This document shows positions 13,361 through 26,119 of a stretch of DNA of 64,000 nt, piece after piece. Position 1 is the first letter of the stretch. Every line of letters begins with the position of its first letter. Location of the stretch: the NCBI GenBank assembly GCA_965112735.1, contig OZ218965.1, positions 2,356,001-2,420,000 of the forward strand, written 5' to 3'. The position numbers were made by a program, and so were the translations under genes. The notes below the pieces were generated by a model. The model was not told where the DNA came from. It saw nothing but the letters and a program-made list of their open reading frames with translations, and ran no database searches. The DNA comes from Phaeosaccion multiseriatum. Lineage: Eukaryota; Protista; Ochrophyta, other classes.

Positions 13361-14081
13361 CGGGCGGGGGCACGGAGAGGCCGGCGCTGGCGACGACGTG
13401 GTGGAAGTGTCCCTTCGCTTGGGCCGGAGTACCGACTTCGGGGCGGTAACGGCTCGCCACGCCGTGCATGTTCTGGGCAGCTTGTGCGACCAAGGCCACC
13501 TCTCGGCTTCTTTGCAGTCGGTGAGCAGGGTCGCAAGTGTGGTGCACACCAGAGACGGCGTCTGTAGCTAGCCCACCATCATCCTCGCCTCCTGTCTCCG
13601 TCTGTACCTAGCTCACCACCATCCTCTGCGCATGTACCTTTCGTTTGCTTGCGTGCGCCCCCACTCCCCCACGCAGGCTACACGGCGGCTGCAGCAGCAG
13701 AGCGGCGGGGAGAGCAACGAAAATAGACCCCCCCCCCTCCTCAGGGCGGGGAGTGCGGAGTCGCTAAACCCTCTCCTCGGCATGCGCTGCGACTCGCTCC
13801 AGGCCCGAGACCAGAGCGGCGCTTACACCTTCTCCTACCGCGCCAACCACGCCAGGGACAGCGCCAGCCTCTCCAGCCGCGCCAGAGCGGAGGGGACCCC
13901 CTGGGGGCTGGGCAGCAGCGACTCGTCCTCGAGAACTGCGCGCCTCTTCGCGCTGCTGGGGGCGCTACTCTCCGTGCTGGTGCTGGCCACGCTGGTGTCC
14001 GTTTGGTGCATGCAGAGGAGACGCAAGCACTGGCAACGGGACGTGCAGCTGAGCAGCAGGCACGGCCACGGCCCTCTATAG
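5866..14081 (+). CDS. Large multi-exon type-I membrane protein: N-terminal hydrophobic signal, reprolysin (M12B)-like domain with degenerate zinc motif, repeated Ig-like/Kre9-like beta domains, C-terminal TM helix
   Basis: LLCVLMLNFACLLLPLLAEA signal; KTLQVGVLVDAGY...INALL...NVVLQL; GLWHLLTNCY; MGREIGRSLGG at the HExxHxxG position; repeated 'V.W.S...V.L.L....Y......S..F.V' modules; LFALLGALLSVLVLATLVSVWCM followed by RRRK. GT-AG introns throughout. Confidence 0.6.
8624..8778 (+). repeat. Intronic (TCAGGG)n-type hexamer repeat, a telomere-variant motif
   Basis: agggtcagggtcagggtc... with degenerate units. Confidence 0.85.
10569..10778 (+). repeat. (GAGT)n/(GAGG)n intronic microsatellite
   Basis: Direct reading. 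Confidence 0.9.
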
Positions 14082-14462
14082 GGCCTATATAACATATGCG
14101 TGGTCCGTTCCGCGCTATCAGCGCTCTAACCATAAGCCTTTTCGCATGTGGCCTTGATCGTCGCCCACATTCTATCTGTGGGTTGTAACAGAATAAGTAG
14201 TTACGTATGTATTACGAAGGAGGGAGGGAATGCGATCGTAGCAGGGCTGTCAGGGCTCACAGCTGCCCTTAATACAGTCTCATAGAAAGGACTGCGCTGC
14301 TGGGCTCGCCTCCCGCTGCAGCTCGTCCACTGCATGAATGCTTCTAGGGCGATGAGGTGAGCGATTGCGTATGGGGGGCAGACCCTCTCGATCCTCTCGA
14401 GATCCTCTCGAAGATTCCAGCTGTATCACCTTTGATCTTTTTCCTTCTCTGGCTGCTGCCTG

Positions 14463-16429
14463 ATGCCTCTCCCTCTTGCGTGTCCTCCTGCATTTCCGCC
14501 TGTAATCAGTGGCAGCAGCCAAACCCCTGGGCACGGGCAACTGCTGGATCAAAGGAAGCCCCAGGGGAAGGCCCTGGAGAAGCCACAGGAGGCGCGAGGC
14601 GATGAATCGACTGGTAGGGGAAAGTGTCGGCGGTACTTCTTGCTGGGCCTCTCGCTGCTCTCTCTGGCTGTCGTGGGGTGGCACACCAGTCTCCGTTTCA
14701 CGGGAGAGTGGGGCTTGGCGAAGGACTGGGCAGCGACTGGGAGTGACCACAGCTCCACCACCATGCCCTCAGTCGCTGACCACAGCTCCACCAGCAAGCC
14801 CTCAGCAGTCGAGGAATGGGCCAGAGAATATGTAAACCGTTTGCCCAGTGGCGTGGTCGACTGGGCCGGGCTCTTTGGCAATGTGAGCTCTTACGAGGGC
14901 CTTGTGGTGGCCTCCACCGTGACCTACCCTTGGATTCCCCGAAACGCGGTGGTTCACGCCCCGCACGACGGACGGAGCGGTGACTCAGTTGCAGCCGCCA
15001 GGCGAGAAGGCAAGACAGCCGCCATGCAGAGCATGGTGGACAGGCTAAACGCCGAAGGAGAGGACGGAGTGCCCTGCGCCTGCCCCCCGGGCCTGGTAGG
15101 GGCTTTCGTGTGGGGCAGCGGGAAGGCAGAGTACAAGGGCGAGAAGCCCCTCGTGCAGCGCAGCTATGAGCGGTGCGGCTGCCCCTTCGTGCACTTGCAC
15201 TACGACAAGGACAAATGGAGCTGGATAGGGAAGGTGCGTGAGGGGATGCTGCAGTGCTCCACTCCTCCCCGCCCTCCTGCTGGATGTGATGAGCTCCATT
15301 TCTTCCCTCACTCCTTGGCAAGCCCTCTTCAGCCCTGAACCTAGCCCCCCCCCCCCTGGTCTCTCTCTGGTGTGCGCTGTGCGCTGTATGTGCGCAGATC
15401 TCTCCGCTGCTGGACTGGCTGGAGGCGGGCCACGCGGCCAACTACACACACGTGCTCTTCAGCGACGCGGGGGACGTGTCTGTGACGCGCGATATGTCGC
15501 ACTTCATCGAAGCCTTCGAAAAGTACGAGGCGGACGTGCTCTTCGTGGGCACGCAGGTGAGCAGCAGCACAGCAGTTGGTGGTACGACAAGGGCAAGGGA
15601 ATGGTGCTGAGCGTGGGCCTGCTTTCAGCGTCTCACCTCCTCTGGGCTCCTCCCTCTTCCCCATACGCCCACTCGTTTCATGTGTGTGTGTATGTGTGTG
15701 TAGGCGGACTGGCCCAACAATAGCACACAGAAATCCTTCGAGGACAAGGCGTCACCCTACAGCCACCGCCACTCGCACCTGTCGGCAGGCGTGTTCATGG
15801 GCCGCACAGACCGCCTCGGTCGCTACCTGCACATGATGGTGCAAGACTTCGACGCCTGGGAGGCCTTCCAGGACGAGTTGGAGGTCAAGGGAAGGGCGGT
15901 CTTGGACAAGGAGAAGAAGGAGAAGGCGGAGAAGGAGCGGAAGAAGAAGAAGGAGGAGGAGGAGGAGGAGGAGGAGGAGGAGAAGGAGAAGGCAGAGGAA
16001 CGGGAGAAGAAGGAGAAGGAGGAGGGGGAGGGGGGAAACATGGACAAGGCGGAGAAGGGGACGAAGCAGGAGCAGGAGGAGGACATGAGGCCGGAAGTGG
16101 AGGGAGGGGGGGACAGTGGGCCGCCTCAGACGGCAAAGGGAAATATGCTGCAACAGAAAGTGAAATTGATGAAGGGCGGACGAGGAAGAAGAAGGAGGAA
16201 AAGGAGACGGAGAAGGTTGCCGACGTCGGAGCAGACTGAGGCGAGGGTGCTGCAGTATCGCGACCCGCACGATAAAACAGGGGGTCCTCCCCCCAAATGG
16301 AGCCACCGCATCCAGTGGGACGACCAACGGGCCTGGCGCAAAATGCTCGTGTCTGAGCACCCCCGCATCAAGGTGGACAGCCTGTGTCTGCTGTTCCAGC
16401 GCCTCGACGACCAAATGCATGTGCTGTAG
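14463..16429 (+). CDS. Type-II membrane glycosyltransferase, PLOD/procollagen galactosyltransferase-like GT domain (3 exons)
   Basis: TM segment YFLLGLSLLSLAVVGW; THVLFSDAGDV; HLSAGVFMGR; WDDQRAW...IKVDSLCLLFQ, matching the PLOD-GT motifs. Charged E/K insertion in the last exon. Confidence 0.7.
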
Positions 16430-16686
16430 GGACAGTGCAGTGCAGGCAGAGGAGGGCAGCGCCTGCTTCGCTCTCCGACAGTTTTGAAGCATCGTGACTA
16501 GATGTACATTTTACAGCACCGCAACTGTAATTGTCAATATATAGCTATGTATGGGATGGGGGGGAGGAGGAAAGGAGGAAGGCGGAGTTTAGAACCAACC
16601 GCTCAATTTACGAAATCTGTGATCGTATCGAGGAAAAAAATGGCACCAGACGGTCAACCTCGTCTTCGAGCAAACTTCAAACTTCC

Positions 16687-17992
16687 ATGGATTTGGCAGA
16701 CCTCAGAGAGCGGCGGCTACGTGCTCTGGGTGCAAGTAGTAACAGCAGCAGCGGTAGCAGCAGCAGCGATGTAGGTCAGCAGAAGCAGGAACAGGCGAAA
16801 GCAGCAGCGCCTGCTTCCTCTTCCTCTGCTAGTGCTGCTGATGTGTGTCGAAAGACGCCTTTGGATGCCGCAACGGTCGCCTCCCTATTCAATAGTATGT
16901 TCGACCAGACAAGGTCAACGCCAGAAGACAAGCAGAGGTGGCTCACGCAGGTAGGGAGGGGGCAGTCCCTGGTGCAATGGGAGCGACCCTCTTGGCTCCA
17001 ATGCGCCGCTCTGCATGGCTGGGCCGCTTCTGCGCTGCTCCCTGTCTCCCTCACCCCCCCACCGCCCCCCGACCCCAACATGCAGGGCTTTGTGCTGTGC
17101 TCGGAGCCTTCCTTCGGCCTGGAGCAGGGCAAGGGCGGCCCGTGCGCGGTGCTGGCGGCGGTGCAGGCGGAGATGCTGCGCTTTCTGCTGTTCGGAGGGC
17201 GGAAGAGGACTGCAGAAAAGGAGGCAGCTGAGGACGGCAAGGCTGGGCCAGCGGTGCGTGAAGTGCCGCAGATGACGACCGAACAGGCGGAGGACTGTCT
17301 CGTCAAGGCCGTGTTGAGCATCCTGGCGCTGGTGGTGGGCGACGAGGCAGATGGCGCGAGAATCGCGGTGGTGACGACCGTGGGAGGAGGGGGAGAGGTT
17401 GGCACGAGTAGCGAGCAGCTCAAGTACCAGCGGATGGACCTGCCCGTGCCCGAGGGGCTGTGGAGCGGGGATGAGGGCTCCGCGAGCCTGACAGCCTCCA
17501 CCACCTTCCGATACGTCAAGGACGAGGCCCTGGGCCAGCTGCGCGGCAGCCACGGGATCTTCCTGTTCGTCATGTCGCTGCTGCTCAGCAGGGGCCTGGA
17601 TAGGGTCAAGCAGGATAGAGACGACTCCGACGACGGCTGCCTCACGGGCCAGTTCGGGCACAGCTCCCAGGAGCTGCTCAACTTGCTGCTGTGCGGCCGG
17701 GCTGTGTCCAATGTTTTCGACGGCGTGCAAACCTTGGGGGAGTCCGGCATGACGCTGAATGGGGTGCCGCACAGACCCAACGTGGGCTTCCTTACGCACC
17801 TCGAGGCACTCCGCTACTGCCAGGTGATGGTGATACCCTCGCTACTTTCACGTTCCTGTGGCTGACAAGAGCGGCTGAGCGAGCGGCTGAGCAGCTTCGG
17901 TGTGCGGGCTGTAGCGCTCCTCCTCCTCCCCTGGGCGGGTCTCCCCTGACTGCCCTCCCCCAATCCCTCCCACCCTCGCCCCCTCCCTCCCT

Positions 17993-18045
<53 letters not shown>

Positions 18046-19675
18046 CGTGCGTGCTTGCGTGCCTGCCTGCGTGCCTGCGTGCCTGCCTGCAGGTGGGCAC
18101 GTTCTACAAGTGCCCCCTGGACCCCATCTGGGTGGTGGGCTCCTCCAGCCACTACACCGTGCTCTTCAGCGCAGACAGAGCGGCTGTGCGAGAGACCGCC
18201 TCCGAGCTGCTGCTGCAGAGAGTCACGCGGGCCTTCAAGGCGGCGGACACACAGGAGGCAGGGTTCATCGAGACGGGCAAGCTCAGGGCCGTGCTGGCTG
18301 ACTTGCTGCCAGAGCTAGCAGGGGACGCGCACGACGGAAGGGTGGGGGTGAGTGGGGAGTTTGGAGTTTGCCTGGGAGGGTTGCTGGTCCGGGAAAAGTT
18401 TCAGTGTTTAGGGATACTCTCTGCCTCCTTCTCTGTTCTGTTCCTGTCTCTTGTCCCTCTCTCTCCCTGGTCTCTCTAGTCTCCCGCCCCTCCTGCCTCT
18501 CTCTCATCTCTCTCCCTCTCTCTCCCTGCGCAGGCCCTAGCAAGCAAACTGGAGATGCCTGGCGGCACGGGCATCATCGTGTGGAGCGACTTTTGGCAGG
18601 CCGTGTCGAGTCTAATGAGCGGCGCTGCAAGCCTCACGCAGCTGCTCGGCGGGGACCAAGCGGCGGCCCCACAGCCAGGCTCCCCGGGGGGGGGGTCCCC
18701 GCGTGGACAGCAGAGGCCCAGGAGGTACGAGCCGTGTGACACTCCTCTGCTTCTGCTCTGTGTTGTGTTGTGTTGTGCCCCTGCGACGCGTGCGCTGTTC
18801 TTGCCTGGCATGACCTGCAGCTTCTCGCGCCGGGGGTTGCTTGACGCCTGACGCTGCTTGCCCATGATTCCAGCCTCTGCACGTGACTCATGACTCCTGC
18901 GTCTGCGTCTACGTCTGCGTCTACCTCTACCTCTGCCTCTGCCTCTGCCCTCCAAAACAGTGACTCCGACGTGGCGAGGGAGCTGCAGGCGCAATTCGAC
19001 GACGTCCCTCCGCCCCTCATTGACGCTGATCTCTCTGCGTCAGGCAGCGGTGCGGCAGGGGTGGCGGCAGGGGACACAACAGGGGGAGGGGACAGGGACG
19101 CCTCCAGCTTCCCCTCGCAGCTGGTGAGAAGCGACTCGGACATCGCTCGCCAGATGCAGGCAGAGTTCGACGCAGACGAGCAGGGCTGGGGGGGAGGGGA
19201 TGCTTCGGTGATGGCGGTTGGGTCACCAGTACCCCAAGCAGCAGCTGGAGGAGGAGGGAGTCAGTTAGGACCAGGGCCCGCTTCCGTCCCAGGGGGTGGG
19301 CAGCAGCAGCAGGGGGGGGCAGCGGCGTGGGGAGGTGGCGGCGGTGGCAGCGGCGGAGGTAGCAGTACCAGTACCAGCCACAACCCTCGCGCGGCCGTGC
19401 ACCGCCACGACAGCGTGGCCGGGGAAGACGACCCCTCCTTCGAACTGTTCCATTACAACGGACTCACGGCGGGCGGAAAGAAGACGCCCGCGCTGGTGCG
19501 CTTCAGGCTCACGCGGCGCTCCGCAGACAGTGCAGTGGGTGCGAGCGTATCGCTGGACGGGGGCGGGGCGGGGGCAGGGGCGGCGTATGCGTGTCCGATC
19601 GAGGCAGTGCTTCACACCAAATGGCCGGGGGCGAGGGTGGACTGGAGAGGAACCACCCCCCCCTCCATTGACTGA
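16687..19675 (+). CDS. MINDY3: MINDY-3/4 family (FAM188/DUF4205) deubiquitinase with EF-hand-like insert and UIM/MIU-like helices
   Basis: GLEQGKGGPCAVLAAVQA (catalytic Cys); SQELLNLLLCGRAVSNVFDG; VGFLTHLEALRYCQ|VGTFYKCPLDPIWVVGSSSHYTVLF (catalytic His); FELFHYNGL; PIEAVLHTKWPGARVDW. Confidence 0.88.
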
Positions 19676-20154
19676 CTGAGGATTGATTCCCTCGCACCTC
19701 GACACCCGTCGATGGTCATTTTGCTATTGTGCCTTTTAAAATTAATGACTACAACCGCGGCCGCTCGTTACGCCTTGTGGTGGTGGTATGCATGGTCTTG
19801 GTGGTGTATGCCAATGGGGCATGCATGGTCTTGTGGTCGGGGCAGGGACTCTCTGGCCACACAGCCTCCGATGGTGCAAGTTGAGAAAAGATGTAAAAAT
19901 CAGGGTAAGGATGGGCTGCTGTATTTCAAAGGATACGTCTGCAAACTCAATCGGGATGGAGAGCAGGCGGGTTGTGCCATAGAATGACAGCGGCACGACG
20001 CTGCACGCGCTCCTCTCCCTCCTGCTGCTACCGCCACTGCTGCTGCTTAGGAGCAAACAAGATGTCCCCGTTATGAGCTGCTGCGGGCACTTCCCCGCTG
20101 CAGACCTCTTGAGCAAGCAAGCAAGCAAGCTTCAACGCCCCCCCTCCCCTCTGC

Positions 20155-20512
20155 TCAGCTGCTCGCAAGGCCGACCTCCTTCCCGCTGGCCAAGGACCAC
20201 TTCTGCAGCGCCTCTAGCATATCCTGCGGGGAAGCGGCGGAGGGAGCGGTCCCGTCCACTGTCACCACCACACGCTTGGCAGCTACGTCCGCCTGCACGT
20301 CCGACACGCCCGGCATCTTGCCCAGGATGCGCTTGCACGCCCCAGCGCACCCATCGCACGTCATGCCCACATCGAACAGGACGGTCTCGGGCTGCGTAAG
20401 GAGCAAGGGGGCAGGAACCAGTCGAGAGGAAGGGGGGGGGGTTAGGAGCGCGTTGAAGTTTGGCAGCGGAATGGGTACATCCTGTGGGCAATCCCAGGAT
20501 TTTGCTCACCAT
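20155..20512 (-). CDS. ATX1: ATX1/ATOX1-like copper chaperone (HMA domain)
   Basis: ATG at 20512, then intron GTGAGC..CGCAG, then exon 20391-20155: VLFDVGMTCDGCAGACKRILGKMPGV..ALQKW..SGK (MxCxxC). Confidence 0.88.
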
Positions 20513-20774
20513 ACTGTCACGCGCTGTCTCCTCTCGCCTCTCCGACTCTCCACTAATGAACTATTGGGATCTCGACGAGTCTCTCGTCCCCTCCGAGTGG
20601 TAGCACAGGGAATGAGAAGGCGCAGAGAAAGGTTGATTTGCGGATTGCGGATTGCGGAGAGATTGAAGGAGGATGGCGACTGCTGTATGCCCACCTTGGG
20701 TGGAAAAAGTGCCATTTTCTTCTTTCCCTCTTGTTGGATCGTTCCTCCCACAGATCCCCATCACAGGCAGCCTT

Positions 20775-22656
20775 ATGGGAGCAGCTGCTCTGACTGCAGC
20801 CGCTGTCGCCCTGCTGCTCTGGGGAACCGTGGACGTTTGCACAGCATTCTCGGGAAGCATGTCGGGCTTCTGGCTGAAATCAAAGCAGAGCGGAGTAGGA
20901 GTGAAACTTCAAGACTGTCCCACAGCGGAGTCCGAGGAGGGGTTGGGCGAGGCTCCGGTGCGGAGGGTAGAAACTGTGGACCTGGGTGGCCGAGGCATTC
21001 GCGTGACTTGCCTAAGCGACTTACACACGGACTACAAGCAGGTATGAGGAGGGAGCTGCAGAAGCGAGGAGGTAGTCGATCAGGGCCCTAACGTCGACGC
21101 ATTGCAACCCCTGTACCGCAGAACTTGCAGTACGTGAAGGACTGGCCACGTGAAAAATCGGATAGCAGCAGCTGCAAGCCTTTGGAGGCCATCGTGGTGC
21201 CTGGCGATATTAGCAGCAGGTGGGTGGGAGGAGTTTCATTGCCCGCTCTTGACCACCACGAGAGGCGGTGCAACACCCTTCCTCGATGGCTGTGACAACG
21301 CTCTGTTTGCACGTTTTCATCACTGCTTGCGTTTCCAGGACGGCGATCTTCAAAGAGACGATGGAGTCGTTGAAGGACAAGTATGACGAGGTGCGTAGCA
21401 AAGCGCCCTCGCGGGAAGTACGGTAGTGGATTCAAGCACGCACCTCCCTCCCTTTGCTCGCCCCCTTCAGGTGTTTGTCATTCCCGGAAATCACGACTTA
21501 TGGGTAGAGTACGAGTTCAGGTGAGTGGAGAGACCCACCCCCCCTTCGCCCTTTTCTTCCTACTCTTGCCGCTCGGCTCTTATTCCTTATTGGGCGGGCG
21601 GACCACCCCCCCCCCCCCTGAACTATTAAGTCAATAAGTAAACACCCCTCCCCCCTCCTGAACCCTCCTTCCTGTGCGGCAGAACGACGCGCACGAGCGT
21701 GGACAAGAACATCGAGCTGCAGCACTTGTGCAAGGAGCTGGGAGTGAGGACAGACCCCGTCAGGTTCACTAGTAGCGTGGAGCCGGCCAAGGCCGACCAG
21801 AAAGAGGGGGGCGGAGGGCAGGGGCCCTTCTCACTCTGGATCGTGCCTCTCATGAGTTGGTACCACCCCTCCTGGGACCAGGAGCCAGACCTTCCCACCG
21901 CGTTACAGCACCGCAACGGGGACTTTACGGAGCGGTGAGTAGCGCACCAGTCACTGGCAGGGGCGGGCACGGAAGAGGTCAGGGAGGGGTGGCACTGCTA
22001 CTGTTGCGACCGCCTAAATAGGCTCCACAGCTTGTCAGCCTACAGGTGTCCGCCCGAAGGCGTCGCTCTCTAACCCCATGCGGGCACGGCTTCTCAAACA
22101 GTTTGGTACTCTTCACACACACCTTCCTTCCATTGCCCTCTGGTCAGGTGGGTGGACTTCTACAAATGCAAATGGCCTGCGAGCTTGTGCTCCAAGGTGA
22201 GAAGGAGTCGAAAGGAGAAGGGGGGTGTCAGGGACAGGGAGGGCTCTGTCTGGCGACGGCACCACAGAGTCGGAGAGACAGAGAGGGAGCGAGAGAAGAG
22301 AAGAGAGAGAAAGGGGCGGTATCAGCGCGCGCGAGCCCTGCGCGGAAAGTTAAGACACCACCCCCCCTTCCTGTTGCTTTTGCGCTTCGCAGGAGGGCTT
22401 TGTGTCTTTGACGAGCACTGTGGAACGCGACGAGGCCCTCGCCATCGCCAAGCACTTCTCCGCCCTCAACACGGACTGCATGGACGAGGTGCTGCGGCAG
22501 CGCTCGTTGAGTGAGGGCGGGGAGGAGCAGGTGGTCATCTCCTTCTCGCACTTCTTGCCCCGCAAGGTGCGAGGCCTCCTTGGGGCCCTGGGGAAGCGCT
22601 TGTGACCACACTTCTTCTCCCTGACGCTCACGCTCTCGCTCTGGCTACGGCTCTCT

Positions 22657-22718
<62 letters not shown>

Positions 22719-23105
22719 ACTGTCTGTGTGTGCGTCCCTGTCCTCAGGAGCTCATACCAGAGAAGCGTTTTCTACTCGGTAAGGACTAAAGCGGATGTGA
22801 GGGAGGGAGAAAGGAACTTTGGCCGCTGTTTACTAGTACCTTACACCTGCATCGCTCCCCGCCCTCCCACTGCCCACCCCTCCCAGAGCCCAACTTGCCG
22901 CGGGTTGTGGGCAGTGCCCCTCTCATGTCGGACGTGGCGAAGCTGCAGCCCGACATGCACTGCTACGGCCACACGCACATACCGTACGACGCGCTGGTGA
23001 GGTGCCGCACAAGTACACGTGCAAAGTTTCAATGCTTCGCAGCTTCTTTTCTGTCTGTCTGTCTGTCTGTGTGTCTGTGTGTCTGTCTGTCTGTGTGTCT
23101 GTCTA

Positions 23106-23156
<51 letters not shown>

Positions 23157-23163
23157 TTCTGCC

Positions 23164-23206
<43 letters not shown>

Positions 23207-23648
23207 GTGTCTGCCTGTCTGCCTGTCTGTCTGTCTGTCTGCCAGTCTGGCTGTGTCAGGGCAAGCTACGTCTGCCCTCGCACGAGTCGCTGTGCCGTTG
23301 GAACCTCTCGCTCTTTTCGTGACTTTCTTGGTCTTCCTCTTTTCTCGGTCCCTCCTTGCTCTCTTTGCATTGATGCTGTAGCTGGACGGCGTGCGGTACA
23401 CGCAGTGGCCGCTGGGCAGCGTGAGGGAGCAGACCGTCCAGTGCCGCCCCATGAGGGAGCATGGCCCTTGCCTGCTCTTCAGTCGCGCGGGCCGTGGCGC
23501 CCCCGCCCTGGACGGGGAGGAGCAGCAGCAGCAGAGCAGCGGCTTCCCGGCCATCCACAAGACCTTCTGGGGGGAGTACTACAGCAAACACGAGAGGGAC
23601 ACCACCGTGTTTGACGTTCCGGATTACGCCATGGGAAGGCGCAGATAG
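20775..23648 (+). CDS. Calcineurin-like metallophosphoesterase, multi-exon, with N-terminal signal/targeting peptide
   Basis: Motifs in order across exons: SDLH, PGDIS, PGNHDLW, FSHFLP, YGHTH; C-terminal DGVRYTQWPLGS. Confidence 0.85.
23050..23250 (+). repeat. (CTGT)n intronic microsatellite
   Basis: Direct reading. Confidence 0.95.
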
Positions 23649-23905
23649 TATATAGAGGCGTACGAGCAAGAGCAAAGCGTCCACCGTTATTCGGCTTGGT
23701 CTGGAGAAGGGAACTTTTGGTTGTCATCGTTTCGTCTCTGTTTTGATTTACGGGTTGTTTATGTACACTTGACTACACCAGGCGCCGAAAATAGGCCGGG
23801 TGATGCTGTAAATATGTAGCTGGCCTACAACGCTCTCTATATACACAAAACTTGAGAGCAGCGTATGGTATGCCCCCCCATTGTACTCCTACTTGCATTC
23901 CTACT

Positions 23906-25316
23906 TTACTTGGTCACCTTGAACTTCTTGACCTTGTCCAGCAGCACCTTGGCGTCGCCCGTCGCGAAGTGTGCCCTGACGGGCTGCAGGATTCTGTTGA
24001 GGGCCTCCGCGCAGGCGGGTTTGAGGTCCGAGGGGTGCAGCTTGCCGCTCACGAAGTCCGCCTCGAGGGCCTCGTAGCTCGAGTACACTTCAGTGGAAGA
24101 GTCGGCTTTGAACGTCACGGACAGCTGCACAGAGAGAGAGAGAGAGAGAGAGGGGGGGGTGTTTAGGGGGGGGGGGGGGGGGTGCCGTCACCCACAAACG
24201 GAGGGGGCTAAAGCCATGGCTGGGGGAGAGGGGAGAGAATGCGCGAGGCGCCGTTCATGTTTGCCTTCAGCGATCTTGGTGATTCGTGTCGTCATTCGAG
24301 CCGAAGCCGTCGAGAGTAGCAAATATTTTTCACATCCTCGGCGAAACATGAGCGCCAGCAGCGGCAGTGAGAGAGAGAGAGAGAGAGAGAGGAGGGAGCA
24401 AGGCGATCGCGCTCGAAGGGGTGTATACACCAGCCTCTCCTGCCTTCACCTGTCCGTAGTAGCCGAAGAGCAGGTGCTTCACGTAGTCCAGGATGGGGTT
24501 GCCCTCCGCCACCCCGGGGGGGCAGAAGGCCTTCTTGATCTTGCGCGACACATCCTCCGCGGAGTCCTCCATGAAGATGGCGGAGTCGGGCTGCGATTTG
24601 GACATCTTCTCCTGCCCCTCCGCCAGCCCGGCCAGCATGTGGTGCCCCAGGATGACGGGCTTGAACTTGCGCTTGATCTGGTCGCAGTACTCCCTGGCCA
24701 GCATGTTGACCTTGCGCTGGTCCATGCCCAGCTGGCAAATGTCCGCCTTGAGGAAGAACACATCCGCGCACTGCATGCAGGGGTAGAAGATCTGGCTGGA
24801 GGGGATGGAGTCGGCGTCCTCCTGCCGGCCCATGATGGTGCCGCACTTCTTGATGCGCGCCAGGCTGTTGAGCCGCGCAATCTCCATGACGCGCGACCAG
24901 TACTCGTCAGGGGCCTTGTTGATCTCCTCGCTCGCCCACAGGAACTGCACGTTGGTCATATCCATGCCCACGGCCTTCCAAATCTCGATCATGTACTTGC
25001 CCACGGTCTGGATCTTTTTGAGGTCCCCGCCCATCTTGTTGTTGAGCTGCGCGAACCAGTCCGCGACCCAGAACTTGAAGTGGCAGCCCGCCTTGGTGAG
25101 GCGGTTCACGTTGATGACCCTCAGCACGCCCTGCGCGATGTGCATGCGGCCCGAGGGCTCGAAGCCGTCGTACACAATGGGGTGGGGCCTGGCCTCGAGC
25201 AGCTTGCGCAGCTCCTCCTCCTGGATGCACTCCTCGGCCACGCTGCGGCATAGGCGGAAGCGCTCCTCCAGGGACTCCGTGGACGCCCGGAGCTGAGACA
25301 CGTCGAACGGCGGCAC
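23906..25316 (-). CDS. TyrRS: Cytosolic tyrosyl-tRNA synthetase (core exons; additional short 5' exons probably extend to ATG about 25932)
   Basis: YDGFEPSGRMHIAQG (HIGH equivalent); YPCMQCAD; QLGMDQRKVN; KMSKS; KIKKAFCP; last exon LHPSDLKP. Confidence 0.95.
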
Positions 25317-26119
25317 CTACGTGGGGGGGAGGGTAGAAATCGTCAGGGAACTACTTGTTCTTTTTGCGCTCAGCTCTTGCCGTGCCCACTCACCGGCAGC
25401 AGCTCCGGCTCATCCCCGCCCTTCTTGCTCTTGCTCTTGCTCTTGCTCTTGGATCCCGCAGCACCTGCCCGAGGCGCGTGAAGCAGGAAAGAGTTGCAGT
25501 GAGTAAGTGATGTAGGACAAAATGGCAGAGGAGGAGGGGCCGGGGCGTACAGCGACCCGATGAGTGCTCGAGATAATGAGATTCCGATTTGTTCGTCAGC
25601 ACTGCCGATGCTCACTACAAGCTGGCTCTGCTGTCCCAATCAATATTCATCATTGCACATGGGGTTGCCAATTCATATCCTTCACTTCGCAGATGCTTGC
25701 CAATTGCGAGTAGAAAGACGAGAACAGGGAGTGGTGGGTGGGGGTGCGAGACTGCAGAGGTAGTGCATATCGAGGCCTGACTCCAGCTAGGAGAATGGAG
25801 ACAGAGGGAGGCCAGAGTTGCTGTTGGCAGAGGCGCAGTTCCCCCTGGCCATCTCAGCGTCTCTCTGCCCACTCACCGATCTCCAGCACTGCGAACTTGG
25901 CCGTCGGGCACAGCTTGATGTTGCCGGCCATGATGACTACTCCAGCTGCCTCCTTCGCTCCTCCTGCCGCCGCCCCTTTTTCTCTTTGTGGTGTGGGCCG
26001 CCCATTTTCAGCCGGGGGAAAAATTTTAGTTTGGAAGCTGCTGGCGGCTTCTAACCTCAAGCGCGGCCCTCACACACGAGTCAATTTGTGCGTCAACGGC
26101 AGCGGCAGAAGGAGGAAAG

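Noticed and set aside
11820-13547. 575-aa minus-strand ORF and many similar antisense ORFs
   Set aside because: Shadow ORFs of GC-rich coding exons on the opposite strand; no motifs
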